DNA of 64,000 nucleotides from an uncultured Gemmatimonadales bacterium (GTDB lineage: Bacteria > Gemmatimonadota > Gemmatimonadetes > Longimicrobiales > Gaopeijiaceae). This document shows positions 34,154 through 43,719 of the stretch, in pieces. The translations under genes were made by a program, and so were the position numbers. The stretch lies in contig CAWGKG010000010.1 in the NCBI GenBank assembly GCA_963823035.1, positions 1 to 64,000 on the forward strand, in the 5' to 3' direction. Under the pieces are notes generated by a model that saw nothing but the letters and a program-made list of their open reading frames with translations, was not told where the DNA came from and did no database searches. Position 1 is the first letter of the stretch, and each line of letters opens with the position of its first letter.

Positions 34154-35029
34154 CTACGAGCCGAGCTTCTCCCGCACGACCCGTCGCACGTAGGCCGCCG
34201 GCGGATTGTGCGCGCGGGCCAGGTCGAACGCCTTCCGGTAGATCTCGTTCGCCTGGTCGTCCATGCCCATGCGCTCGTAGGTCATCGCGAGCAGCGTGTT
34301 CATGAACGGGTCGTTCTGATTGCCCCGCATCGACACGGCCCGCTCCAGCTCCGATCGGGCGGTCTGGAGATCGTTCGTGTAGAGCGCGACGTAGCCGGTC
34401 AGGTAGGGGAAGAAGCGCTCCTGCTGCTCCGCCATCTGCGGGTCGCCGTCCAGCGCCTGACGCGCGGCCGTGACCTGGCGCTTCGCCTCCGCCGCGTCGC
34501 CGCGACGTGCGGCGATGCGACCCAGGGCGTGCGCGAGTCGGTAGTCCCACAGGCTCTTCGGGTGCGTGCGCGGCTCCGGCTCCATCAGCCCCAGGCGGTA
34601 GCCCTCGCGGTACCAGTGGTCGGCCGCGTCGATGTCGCCGGCGTCGATGCAAACGCGCGCCGCCTCGTCCGCCATCTCGCCCTCCTGGTAGAAGGCGTTC
34701 TGCGGATCGACGCTCTCCTGCGTCTTCCAGTATTCGATGACCCTCTGCTCGTATTTCACCGTGTTCGCGCAGTCGCCGTCGAAGGCATAGGACATGGCCA
34801 TGGAGCGCTGCGCGGCGGCCTTCTGTGCCGGATCCGACGCCGTGTCGATGACCGACTGGTAGATCGCCCGGGCCTGCGCGGTCTGACCGTCGCGGTCGAG
34901 CTGCGCGGCCTCCTGCATCGGGCCGGAGCCGCCGCGCTGCGCGGCGAGGGGAGCCGCCATCAGCGTCGTCGCGACGAACGCCATCAGGGCGGGCGTGGGG
35001 CGGCGGAAACGGGTCGGGGCGGTGCTCAT
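34154..35029 (-). CDS. Secreted TPR-like protein
   Basis: GGAGG SD, signal peptide ending PLAAQ, helical repeats (YLTGYVALY, LLAMTYERMG). Confidence 0.75.
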   Translation of the reverse strand: MSTAPTRFRRPTPALMAFVATTLMAAPLAAQRGGSGPMQEAAQLDRDGQTAQARAIYQSVIDTASDPAQKAAAQRSMAMSYAFDGDCANTVKYEQRVIEYWKTQESVDPQNAFYQEGEMADEAARVCIDAGDIDAADHWYREGYRLGLMEPEPRTHPKSLWDYRLAHALGRIAARRGDAAEAKRQVTAARQALDGDPQMAEQQERFFPYLTGYVALYTNDLQTARSELERAVSMRGNQNDPFMNTLLAMTYERMGMDDQANEIYRKAFDLARAHNPPAAYVRRVVREKLGS

Positions 35030-35200
35030 CGGATCCTCCTGGTCTGGCGGGCTGGTCGGGTCCGGCGTGGACGCTATGGATAAGCAACCGCGGGCGGGGG
35101 CGGTAGGGCGCGACGAGCTGCGTGGACGCCCGCCGCCGATGGCTCTACGATTCACGCTGTCCGAGACATCACCTCCGAGCCGCGAAGGGATCCCGAGCCC

Positions 35201-37267
35201 TTGACCAACAACCAACGCTTCCGGAAGGAGTGGGTCAGGGCCCGACGGAACGTCGACAAGGCGAGGGGGCGGGTGCGCAGGCTCGGGCGACAGCAGCACC
35301 TCCGCCTGCTCCTCCTCGCAGCGATCGTCGGCGTGGTCGCCGGGCTCGGCGCCGTGGCGGTGCAGGAGTTGATCGGCCTGGTGCAGTGGGTCTTCTGGGG
35401 ATCCGGCGCCGAGGTGCTCGAGTCCGCCGCACGGGCCCCCTTCTGGCGGATCATCCTGATGCCCGCCGCCGGCGGCCTCCTGGTCGGCCCTCTCGTGTGG
35501 TTCTTCGCACGCGACGCCGGAGGACACGGCGTGCCCGAGGTGATCCAGGCCCTCCTGATGCGCGGCGGCCGCATCCGCGGACGCGTCGCGCTGGTGAAGG
35601 GCGTCGCCGCCTCCCTTACCCTCGGCTCCGGCGGGAGCGCCGGACGCGAGGGCCCGATGATCCAGATCGGCGCCTCCCTCGGCTCGGTGATCGCGCAGTG
35701 GGGACGCCTGAGCGAGGAGGGCGTGCGCACGCTGGTGGCCGCCGGGGCGGCCGGAGGTCTGGCCGCCGCCTTCAACGCGCCCATCGCCGGCTCGCTCTTC
35801 GCCCTGGAGGTCGTGCTCGGCGACTTCGCGATCGCCTCCTTCTCGCCCGTGGTCATGGCCGGCGTCTCCGCCACGGCGGTGTCGCGCGCGGTGTACGGCG
35901 ACGCGCAGGTCTTCGACATCCCGGTCTACGCGCTGAACTCCGTGCTCGAGTTCATCCCCTACACGCTGCTTGGCCTCCTGGCGGGGTTCGTGGCCGTGGG
36001 CTTCACCGTCTTCCTCTACGGCCAGGAGAAGGTCTGGGAGCGGGTGGACGCGCCCCCCTGGCTCAAGCCGGCGCTCGGCGGCCTCGTGGTGGGTGGCGTG
36101 GCGCTCGTGTTCCCGGAGGTGCTCGGGATCGGCCACGTGTCGATGGACCGGATGCTCGAAGGGCAGGTGGGGCTCGGCCTCCTCCTCGCGCTCGTGGTCA
36201 TGAAGATCGTCGCGACCTCGCTCACGCTGGGCTCCGGCGGCTCGGGCGGCGTCTTCGTCCCGTCGCTCTTCGTCGGCTCCGCGCTGGGCGGCGCCGTCGG
36301 CACCGCGGTGACGCGTTGGGCGCCCTTCGCGCACGGCGGCCCCGGAGCCTATGCGCTCGTCGGCATGGGCGCGCTCGTGGCCGCGACCTCCCACGCCCCG
36401 CTGACCGGCATCGTCATCATGTTCGAGCTCACGGGGGACTACGAGATCATCCTCCCCGTGATGCTCGCCTGCATCCTCTCCACCGTGGTGGCTTCCTCCC
36501 TCAAGGAGGAGTCGATCTACACGCAGAAGCTCAAGTGGAAGGGCATCACGCTGCGGCAGGGGAGGGAGGAGACGATCCTGCGCCACCTCAGCGTGTCCGC
36601 CGTGCTGCGCCGCGAGTACCGCTCCTTCCCGGAGGACGCGCCGCTTCCCGACGTGCTCGGCGAGGCGCTCGGCAGCACGCAGACGACCTTCCCGCTCGTC
36701 GGGCCCGAGGGAGAGCTGGCCGGCGTGATCCGCGTACAGGACCTGCATCGGGCGCTCGATGACCGGAGCGCGCTCGAGGGCGTGCTCGTGGCGGCCGACC
36801 TCGGGTCGCCGACGAGCGCGCTGGACGCCGAAGACACCGTCGAGGAAGCGCTCGACCTCCTCACCGAAACCGGGGCGGACCTCCTCCCGGTCACGGATGC
36901 GGCCGGGCGGCTCCTGGGCGTCGTGCTCGCCGCGGACGTCATGGAGCGCTACTCGCACGAGCTGCGCAAGCTCCGCCTCGCCTCCACGCTGGCGCAGAAG
37001 CGGAGCTTCTCGATCCAGACCGACGGGATGGAGCTGGGCCAGGGGATGCGCCTCGCGGAGCTGGACGTGCCGGAGGCGCTGCGCGGACACACGCTGCGCG
37101 AGATGGAGTTGAGGGCGCGCCACGGCGTGGAGGTGCTGTACGTCCTCAAGGGGCCGTATCGCATCCGCAAGATGGCCGATCCCGACGTGCGTCTCGAGGC
37201 GGGCGACCGGATGCTGGTGATGGCGGAGGCCTCCGCCCTGCGCGAGTTCCGGGTAGGGACCGGGTAG
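35201..37267 (+). CDS. ClC chloride channel/H+ antiporter with CBS pair and TrkA-C (RCK_C) domain
   Basis: GHGVPE, GREGP, AAAFNAPIAG, GGVFVP, ESIYT; CBS repeats; GHTLREMELRARHGVEVL. Confidence 0.93.
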   Translation: MTNNQRFRKEWVRARRNVDKARGRVRRLGRQQHLRLLLLAAIVGVVAGLGAVAVQELIGLVQWVFWGSGAEVLESAARAPFWRIILMPAAGGLLVGPLVWFFARDAGGHGVPEVIQALLMRGGRIRGRVALVKGVAASLTLGSGGSAGREGPMIQIGASLGSVIAQWGRLSEEGVRTLVAAGAAGGLAAAFNAPIAGSLFALEVVLGDFAIASFSPVVMAGVSATAVSRAVYGDAQVFDIPVYALNSVLEFIPYTLLGLLAGFVAVGFTVFLYGQEKVWERVDAPPWLKPALGGLVVGGVALVFPEVLGIGHVSMDRMLEGQVGLGLLLALVVMKIVATSLTLGSGGSGGVFVPSLFVGSALGGAVGTAVTRWAPFAHGGPGAYALVGMGALVAATSHAPLTGIVIMFELTGDYEIILPVMLACILSTVVASSLKEESIYTQKLKWKGITLRQGREETILRHLSVSAVLRREYRSFPEDAPLPDVLGEALGSTQTTFPLVGPEGELAGVIRVQDLHRALDDRSALEGVLVAADLGSPTSALDAEDTVEEALDLLTETGADLLPVTDAAGRLLGVVLAADVMERYSHELRKLRLASTLAQKRSFSIQTDGMELGQGMRLAELDVPEALRGHTLREMELRARHGVEVLYVLKGPYRIRKMADPDVRLEAGDRMLVMAEASALREFRVGTG

Positions 37268-37380
37268 CCGGGCGGGAGCCGGAGCGCCGCCGAGGCGCGG
37301 GCGGCGGCGGGCCGCGCCCGTGCGGGCTATACTCCCCGCGAGCCCGACACGCAACGAAGACCCTCCCGAAGACATCCCCG

Positions 37381-39985
37381 ATGCTGAGCGTCCTCGCCCT
37401 CGCCGCCCTCGTGCAGGTTCCGCCCACGCCCGAGCTGTCTCCGGGCACCTCGTACGACCCCGACATCCCGACGGTGGAAGCGGTCACCGGGAGCGCCCTC
37501 ACCGAGCGGATCACGCCGCCCGATGGGGTGATCGCCTACATGGAGGCGCTCGCCGCGGCCGCCCCGGAGCGCACGCGCCTGGTGCGCACGGCGACCACCT
37601 GGGAGGGCCGGCCCACCGTGATGCTCGTGATCGGCAACGCGGAGCGCATGGCCGGGCTGGACCGGGTCAAGGCAGACCTGAAGCGATTGGCCGACCCGCG
37701 CGGCCTGTCCGCGGACGAGCGCGAGCGCCTCGTGCGCGAGCTCCCGGTGGTGGTCGCGATGATCCACGGCGTGCACGGCAACGAGGTCAGCTCGAGCGGC
37801 GCGGCGATGGCGGAGGCGTACCACCTCCTGGCCGCCCGCAACGACGAGCGGGTCGACCGTATCCTCGCGTCGTCGCTGGTCCTGATCGACCCGATGCAGA
37901 ACCCCGACGGGCGCGCGCGCTTCATCTTCCAGAACACGATCGCGGCCGCGGCCTGGCCGGACGCCGACCCCCTCGCCGCCGAGCGCGACGAGCCTTGGCC
38001 GGGCGGGCGCGTCAACCACTACCTCTTCGACCTCAACCGAGACTGGTTCGTCCAGTCACAGCCGGAGACGCAGGGCCGGGTGGAAGCGCTGCTCGACTTC
38101 ATGCCCCACGTGGTGGCCGACCTGCACGAGATGGGCGGGAACTCCACGTACTACTTCCCACCCAATGCCGTTCCCGGCAACACCTGGACGACCGACGACC
38201 AGACGCGCGCTGAACGACCTCTTCGGCGAGGCGATGGCCGGCGCCTTCGATGCGCGCGGCTTCGCGTACTTCAACCGCGACACGTACGACGCCTTCTATC
38301 CCGGGTACGGCGTGTCCTGGCCGATGGCGCAGGGCGCGATCGGCGCCACCTACGAGCAGGCGTCGGCGCGCGGCCTCGTGTTCCAACGCACGGACGGTGA
38401 CCTGCTGACGTACGGCGACGGCATCCTGCACCACTTCACCGCCGCGCTCACGACGATGGACGCGGCGGCCCGCAACCGCGAGCGCATCCTGCGCGCGTTC
38501 CTGGAATTCCGGTCGAGCGCGGTCGACATGGGACGCTCGGGGGCGCGCGAGTACGTCCTCCACTCGGCGCATGATGCGGGGATGGCCGAAAGGCTCGCAC
38601 GCACCCTCGTCGAGAACGGCATCGAGGTCGGCCGCGCCGGGGCGCCGGTGCAGGTGGGAGGCCGGACGCTCCCCGCGAAGGGGACGTTCGTGGTGCCGAT
38701 GGACCAGCCGGCCCACCGGCTCGTACGCAATCTCCTCGACCCGCACACGCCGATGGACTCGGCCTTCGTGGCACGCCAGATCCAGCGGCGCGCCAACCGT
38801 GAGCCGGACCAGATCTACGACGTGACCGCATGGAGCCTCCCGCTCCTGTGGGACGTGGAGATGATCCCGAGCGCCCGCCCGACCGGCGCCGCCACCACGC
38901 CCGTCGGGCCCGAGCCGACGATGGACGGCGGCGCGCTCCCGGCGGCGGAGGTGGGCTACCTGATCCCGTGGGGGACGAACGCCGCGGCCGCGGTGGCCGA
39001 GGCATTGCGCGCCGGCATCCGGGTTCGCTCGGCGGGCGGTGACTTCGACCTCGGCGGCCGCCACTACGGCGTCGGCACCGCGATCGTGCGGGCGTCGGAC
39101 AACGGGCCCGACCTGGCCGCCCGGCTCGGGGAGATCGTGGCGCGGCACGGCGCCGAGGCGGTGCCCATGGACGACTCCTACATACGCGTCGGCACCTCGC
39201 TCGGGAGCGGTCGTACCCGCGCGCTGCACGAGCCGAGCGTCCTGCTCGTGTACGACGCGCCGGCCTCGACCTACTCGGCCGGGTGGGCGCGCTACGTCCT
39301 CGAGCGGCGCTACGGACAGCGGGTCACGGCGATTCGTGCCTCCTCGCTCGGGCGGGCCGTCCTCGCCGACTACGACGTGATCGTCTTTCCGAGCGGCAAC
39401 TTCGCCGGGGTCGTGGGAGAGGGGCTGCGCGACCGACTCCAGGCGTGGATGCGCGACGGCGGCACGGTCGTGACGATGGCCGAGTCGACGCGTTGGGCGA
39501 CCCGGAGCGGTCTGCTGGCCACCACCGCCGAGAGGCGGGGAGGGCGGCCGGAGGGGACGCCGCCCCCGAAGGCGGCCACACCCGAGCAGCCCATCGACTA
39601 CCTCGAGGCCATCGCGCCCGCCGACGAGGAGCCCGAACAGACGCCCGGCGCGATCGTGAAGGTGCTGCTGGACACGGAGCACTGGCTGTCCGCCGGGACG
39701 GACGGAGAGATCGGCGTCCTCGTGGAAGGGTCCCGGATCTTCTCGCCCATCGCGCTCGACCGCGGCACCAACGTCGGACGCTACGCCACCGAGGACGACC
39801 TCGTCCTCGGCGGCATCGTGTGGGAGGCCGCCCGCCCGCAACTCGCCGGCAAGGCGTTCCTGATCCACCAGCCGGTGGGGCGGGGCCAGGTGGTCGCGTT
39901 CGCCGAGGATCCCGACTACCGGGCCTACGCCGAGACGACCGAGCTCCTCTTGATGAACGCGGTGCTCCTGGGCCCTGGTCGGTAG
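37381..39985 (+). CDS. M14 zinc carboxypeptidase family protein (frameshift near 38205)
   Basis: HGVHGNE, QNPDGR, NHYLFDLNRDW, DLHEMG, DAFYPGYG, YDVTAWSLP. Confidence 0.88.
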
Positions 39986-40015
39986 CGCCCCTCCTCACCG
40001 AGCGATCCTCGAGGC

Positions 40016-40074
40016 GTTCCCGAACGGGCACCATGTTCCTGTTCGGGAACGCTTCGTCGTTCCTGATCGGGAGC
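40016..40074. promoter_or_regulatory. Three 16-bp imperfect palindromes, putative activator UAS (copy 2 at 41467-41524)
   Basis: GTTCCCGAACGGGCAC, GTTCCTGTTCGGGAAC, GTTCCTGATCGGGAGC. Confidence 0.65.
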
Positions 40075-40105
40075 AGTTGAGCCTCGCACGGCTGCGATGA
40101 ATTCC

Positions 40106-40132
40106 CTAAGACGTTCTGCCACAACGTCTTAG
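40106..40132. promoter_or_regulatory. Perfect inverted repeat containing an IHF-like core (copy 2 at 41556-41582)
   Basis: CTAAGACGTT-N7-AACGTCTTAG; contains CAA-CGTC-TTA. Confidence 0.6.
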
Positions 40133-40147
40133 CCATATGTTTCTCCC

Positions 40148-40162
40148 TGGCACGCCTCCTGC
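40148..40162 (+). promoter_or_regulatory. Sigma54 promoter, pilin copy 1
   Basis: TGGCACGCCTCCTGC = GG-N10-GC. Confidence 0.75.
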
Positions 40163-40249
40163 CCTATAGCCCCCTCGAAGCGGAGCACTCCCGGTGAGGA
40201 GACCAGCTCCTCGACCGAGAGTGCAGGATCAACCGACAGGGAGCACACC

Positions 40250-40790
40250 ATGAACCGCATCAAGCAGAGCATCGTCTTCTGGAGCCTGGCCACGGCGGGC
40301 CTGTTCGCCGCGGCGCAGAACGTGTCCGCCCAGAGCGCGACCGGAACGGTGAGCGCGACGGCCACCGTGCTGGCGTATCTGGACGTGACGAAGGTGGACG
40401 ACGTGGCGTTCGGGCAGATCAACCCCGGCAGTGGCGCGGCGCTGACGCCGGGCGCGGCGGTGGGTGCGGGTCAGAGCCTGGGCGTGCTGAAGATCGACCA
40501 CAACTCGGACGTGATCGTGTCGGCCTCGGTGCCTACGGCGCTGGCGCTGGCGGGTGCTCCGGACCTTCCGGTGAGCTTCACGTTGCGGGTACTCGGCGTC
40601 GGCGTCGGGCGCGCTGGACGGAGCGCAGTCCGGGTGCAACGCGATGGCGAACCGCACGGGTAACGGTGACGGGTCGACGAAGACGAGCTTCATCCAGATC
40701 GGTGGAGCGATCCTGGCGGCGGACACGGGAAGCCGGATGCCCGGGACGTACACGGGCAGCCTGGTCTTCACGATCACGGCGACGTACTGA
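40250..40790 (+). CDS. Pilin-like subunit A copy 1 (DUF4402/Csu-like); +1 frameshift near 40583
   Basis: Signal peptide, TVSATATVL donor-strand-like N-terminus, VAFGQI; repaired C-terminus FTCGYS..GC..PGTYTGSLVFTITATY*. Confidence 0.75.
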
Positions 40791-40840
40791 GCCGCGACGG
40801 CACACCCCCCCCGACCCTCCCAAACCCGAGGACGACGACC

Positions 40841-41440
40841 ATGATCGCGCGCCGAGCCCAAGCCGAACGGAAGGAGGTTCGGCGCGCGATCGTGGTCTTC
40901 GCCCTCGCCCTCCTCCTCCCGTTCGTGCCGGCGCGCCTCCACGCGCAAGCGGGGGGAGGAACGGTCAACACGACCGCGGAGTTGCTCCCCCCGCCCGTCA
41001 CCGGGACCGGTATGCAGGAGCTGAAGTTCGGCTCCGTCCGGCCCGGTGACGTGGTGGACGTTCCGCCGGGGCCCGCCGCGCCCGGCGCGCCGGTGTCGTC
41101 CGCCGGCTGGCACTTCGGCAACATCCGCAAGGGACACTGGGTGGCGCTCGACCTCACGCTTCCGCCCACCCTGACGCGCGGCGCGTACTCGATCCCGATC
41201 GACTGGAACAACGCCGGCTACGGCCTGCTCTGCGTCGCGGGGAGTTCCGGCGTCTGTCAGATCACCGGGTCGTTCAATCCTGGCGCCATGCCCTTCCTCT
41301 ACTTCCAGCTGTCGAACGCGCTGGCGGGCACCAACTTCGACGTCCGGCTCTTCGCCGGCGCGAAGATCACCGTCCCGGCCGCTCTCCCTCCCGGTGTCTA
41401 CAGCGGCACCGTCGTGGCGTACTTCGCCTACGTGACCTGA
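40841..41440 (+). CDS. Pilin-like subunit B (DUF4402-like)
   Basis: Signal peptide ending LHA-Q; TVNTTAELL; LKFGSV; Cys pair; PGVYSGTVVAYFAY end. Confidence 0.75.
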   Translation: MIARRAQAERKEVRRAIVVFALALLLPFVPARLHAQAGGGTVNTTAELLPPPVTGTGMQELKFGSVRPGDVVDVPPGPAAPGAPVSSAGWHFGNIRKGHWVALDLTLPPTLTRGAYSIPIDWNNAGYGLLCVAGSSGVCQITGSFNPGAMPFLYFQLSNALAGTNFDVRLFAGAKITVPAALPPGVYSGTVVAYFAYVT

Positions 41441-41597
41441 CCTCCTCACCGAGCGATCCTCGAGGCGTTCCCGAACGGGCACATGTTCCTGTTCGGGAAC
41501 GCTTCGTCGTTCCTGATCGGGAGCAGTTGAGCTTCGCACGGCTGCGGTGAATTCCCTAAGACGTTCTGCCACAACGTCTTAGCCAGATGTTTCTCCC

Positions 41598-41612
41598 TGG
41601 CACGCCTCCTGC
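41598..41612 (+). promoter_or_regulatory. Sigma54 promoter, pilin copy 2 / assembly operon
   Basis: TGGCACGCCTCCTGC. Confidence 0.75.
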
Positions 41613-41699
41613 CCTATAGCCCCCTCGAAGCGGAGCACTCCCGGTGAGGAGACCAGCTCCTCGACCGAGAGTGCAGGATCAACCGACAGGGAGCACACC

Positions 41700-42240
41700 A
41701 TGAACCGCATCAAGCAGAGCATCGTCTTCTGGAGCCTGGCCACGGCGGGCCTGTTCGCCGCGGCGCAGAACGTGTCCGCCCAGAGCGCGACCGGAACGGT
41801 GAGCGCGACGGCCACCGTGCTGGCGTATCTGGACGTGACGAAGGTGGACGACGTGGCGTTCGGGCAGATCAACCCCGGCAGTGGCGCGGCGCTGACGCCG
41901 GGCGCGGCGGTGGGTGCGGGTCAGAGCCTGGGCGTGCTGAAGATCGACCACAACTCGGACGTGATCGTGTCGGCCTCGGTGCCTACGGCGCTGGCGCTGG
42001 CGGGTGCTCCGGACCTTCCGGTGAGCTTCACGTTGCGGGTACTCGGCGTCGGCGTCGGGCGCGCTGGACGGAGCGCAGTCCGGGTGCAACGCGATGGCGA
42101 ACCGCACGGGTAACGGTGACGGGTCGACGAAGACGAGCTTCATCCAGATCGGTGGAGCGATCCTGGCGGCGGACACGGGAAGCCGGATGCCCGGGACGTA
42201 CACGGGCAGCCTGGTCTTCACGATCACGGCGACGTACTGA
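41700..42240 (+). CDS. Pilin-like subunit A copy 2 (identical, same frameshift near 42033)
   Basis: Identical to 40250-40790. Confidence 0.75.
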
Positions 42241-42290
42241 GCCGCGACGGCACACCCCCCCCGACCCTCCCAAACCCGAGGACGACGACC

Positions 42291-42791
42291 ATGATCGCGC
42301 GCCGAGCCCAAGCCGAACGGAAGGAGGTTCGGCGCGCGATCGTGGTCTTCGCCCTCGCCCTCCTCCTCCCGTTCGTGCCGGCGCGCCTCCACGCGCAGGT
42401 CGCGATCTTCCCGATCCAGAACCTGACGTTCGGGACGCTCCGCCCCGGCATGCCCGAGTACGTCGCCGCGGACGACGTGGCACGTCGAGCGGAGCTGCAG
42501 ATCGTCGGATCCGGCAGGGTGGTGGTCACCTTCGCGCTTCCCGCGCAGATGACGAGCCCGAGCGGCCACCGCGTGGCGCTCGAGTTCCGGAAGGGCGACG
42601 CGATGCTCGTGACGCGTGCCGGCGACCGGGAGAAGCACTTCGACCCGAACAAGCCGAAGCACTTCACCATCAAGGACCGTGACGGCGGCGGCACACTGTG
42701 CATCGGGGGGATGGCCCTTCCGGACGCGTCGCAGCCTCCGGGGCGCTATACTGCCATGATCACCATCCAGGTGGTCACCCCCGGGACCTGA
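42291..42791 (+). CDS. Pilin-like subunit C (DUF4402-like), lacks N-terminal extension
   Basis: Same leader as subunit B; QNLTFGTL directly after cleavage; IGG..PGRYTAMITIQV end. Confidence 0.75.
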   Translation: MIARRAQAERKEVRRAIVVFALALLLPFVPARLHAQVAIFPIQNLTFGTLRPGMPEYVAADDVARRAELQIVGSGRVVVTFALPAQMTSPSGHRVALEFRKGDAMLVTRAGDREKHFDPNKPKHFTIKDRDGGGTLCIGGMALPDASQPPGRYTAMITIQVVTPGT

Positions 42792-42847
42792 CGGGTTCCG
42801 TCTTCGCGCCCAGGCGCACCCCTCACCAGCTCCGGACGGAGACGAGA

Positions 42848-43711
42848 ATGCAGCGGTCGTGGATCGGACGAGGAATCGGTTCCCGGGCGGGACACGCGCT
42901 CCGGGTCCTCTTCGTTCTGGGGTGCCTCTTCGTGATCACCTCGGCGCGCGGCGCGGCCGTGGCGGTCAGCCCGGTCGCCCTCTACATCGACGCCCGCGAC
43001 CGGTCCGGGACGCTGACGCTGTTCAACCCGGGCTCGCGCGCGGAGGAGATCCAGGTCGACTTCGCCTACGGCTATCCCACGTCGGACGACGAGGGAAACG
43101 TCGGGGTCTCGATCATGGACACGGTGCCGGCCGGCGAACCCTCCGCCGTCGACTGGCTGCGCGCCTTCCCGCGCCGCATGGTCCTGCAGCCGGGCCAGCG
43201 CCAGGTCATGCGCGTCATGGTGCAGCCGCCCCCCGGGCTCCCCGAGGGCGAGTACTGGGCCCGCGCGCTCGTGCACTCCCGCGGCGGCCAGCCCCCCATC
43301 GAGCAGCAGCGCGGCGACGTGACCGTCCAGCTCGAGGTCGAGACCGTGGTGGTCGTCGCCGTGAACTACCGGAACGGCTCGATGCATACGGGCCTGCGCG
43401 TGGTCGACGCGTCGGCCACGACGGTCGGAGACACGGTGCGCGCCACCATCGACTATGCCCGCACGGGCAACGCCGCCTACCTCGGCAGGGTGCTCGCCGA
43501 GCTGGTCGACGGCCAGGGCCGGACGGTCGCGAGCAGCGAAGAGGTGCTCGCCGTCTACAAGACGATCCGCCGGCGCCTCGACCTGGTGCCGCCCGAGGGT
43601 GCCGCGGGCCCGTTCCAGGTCCGCTTCACGATGGACACCGACCGCGACGATCTGCCTCCGGGCGGGGCGCTCCCGAGCGAGCGCGTCGTCCACGAGGTCG
43701 ACGTCCGATAG
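42848..43711 (+). CDS. Periplasmic pilus chaperone (PapD/CsuC-like)
   Basis: VAVSPVALYI..TLTLFNPG, WLRAFPRRMVLQPGQRQVMRV, GEYW, RTGNAAYLG. Confidence 0.75.
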   Translation: MQRSWIGRGIGSRAGHALRVLFVLGCLFVITSARGAAVAVSPVALYIDARDRSGTLTLFNPGSRAEEIQVDFAYGYPTSDDEGNVGVSIMDTVPAGEPSAVDWLRAFPRRMVLQPGQRQVMRVMVQPPPGLPEGEYWARALVHSRGGQPPIEQQRGDVTVQLEVETVVVVAVNYRNGSMHTGLRVVDASATTVGDTVRATIDYARTGNAAYLGRVLAELVDGQGRTVASSEEVLAVYKTIRRRLDLVPPEGAAGPFQVRFTMDTDRDDLPPGGALPSERVVHEVDVR

Positions 43712-43719
43712 GAGGCGCC

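Larger units (their letters stand above)
39990..40947 (+). repeat. Direct repeat copy 1 (958 bp): promoter + pilin A + leader of next pilin
   Basis: Matches 41441-42397 except substitutions at 40083, 40097, 40136 and a 1-bp indel near 40031, all in the promoter part. Confidence 0.97.
41441..42397 (+). repeat. Direct repeat copy 2 (957 bp)
   Basis: See copy 1; starts immediately after the pilin B stop codon. Confidence 0.97.

Noticed and set aside
40016..40074. Short palindromic repeats as a mini-CRISPR or integron attC array
   Set aside because: Only three 16-bp units with 3-8 bp gaps, no cas or integrase; position fits an enhancer
39990..42397. Duplication as an IS or composite transposon
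   Set aside because: No transposase, terminal inverted repeats or target-site duplication
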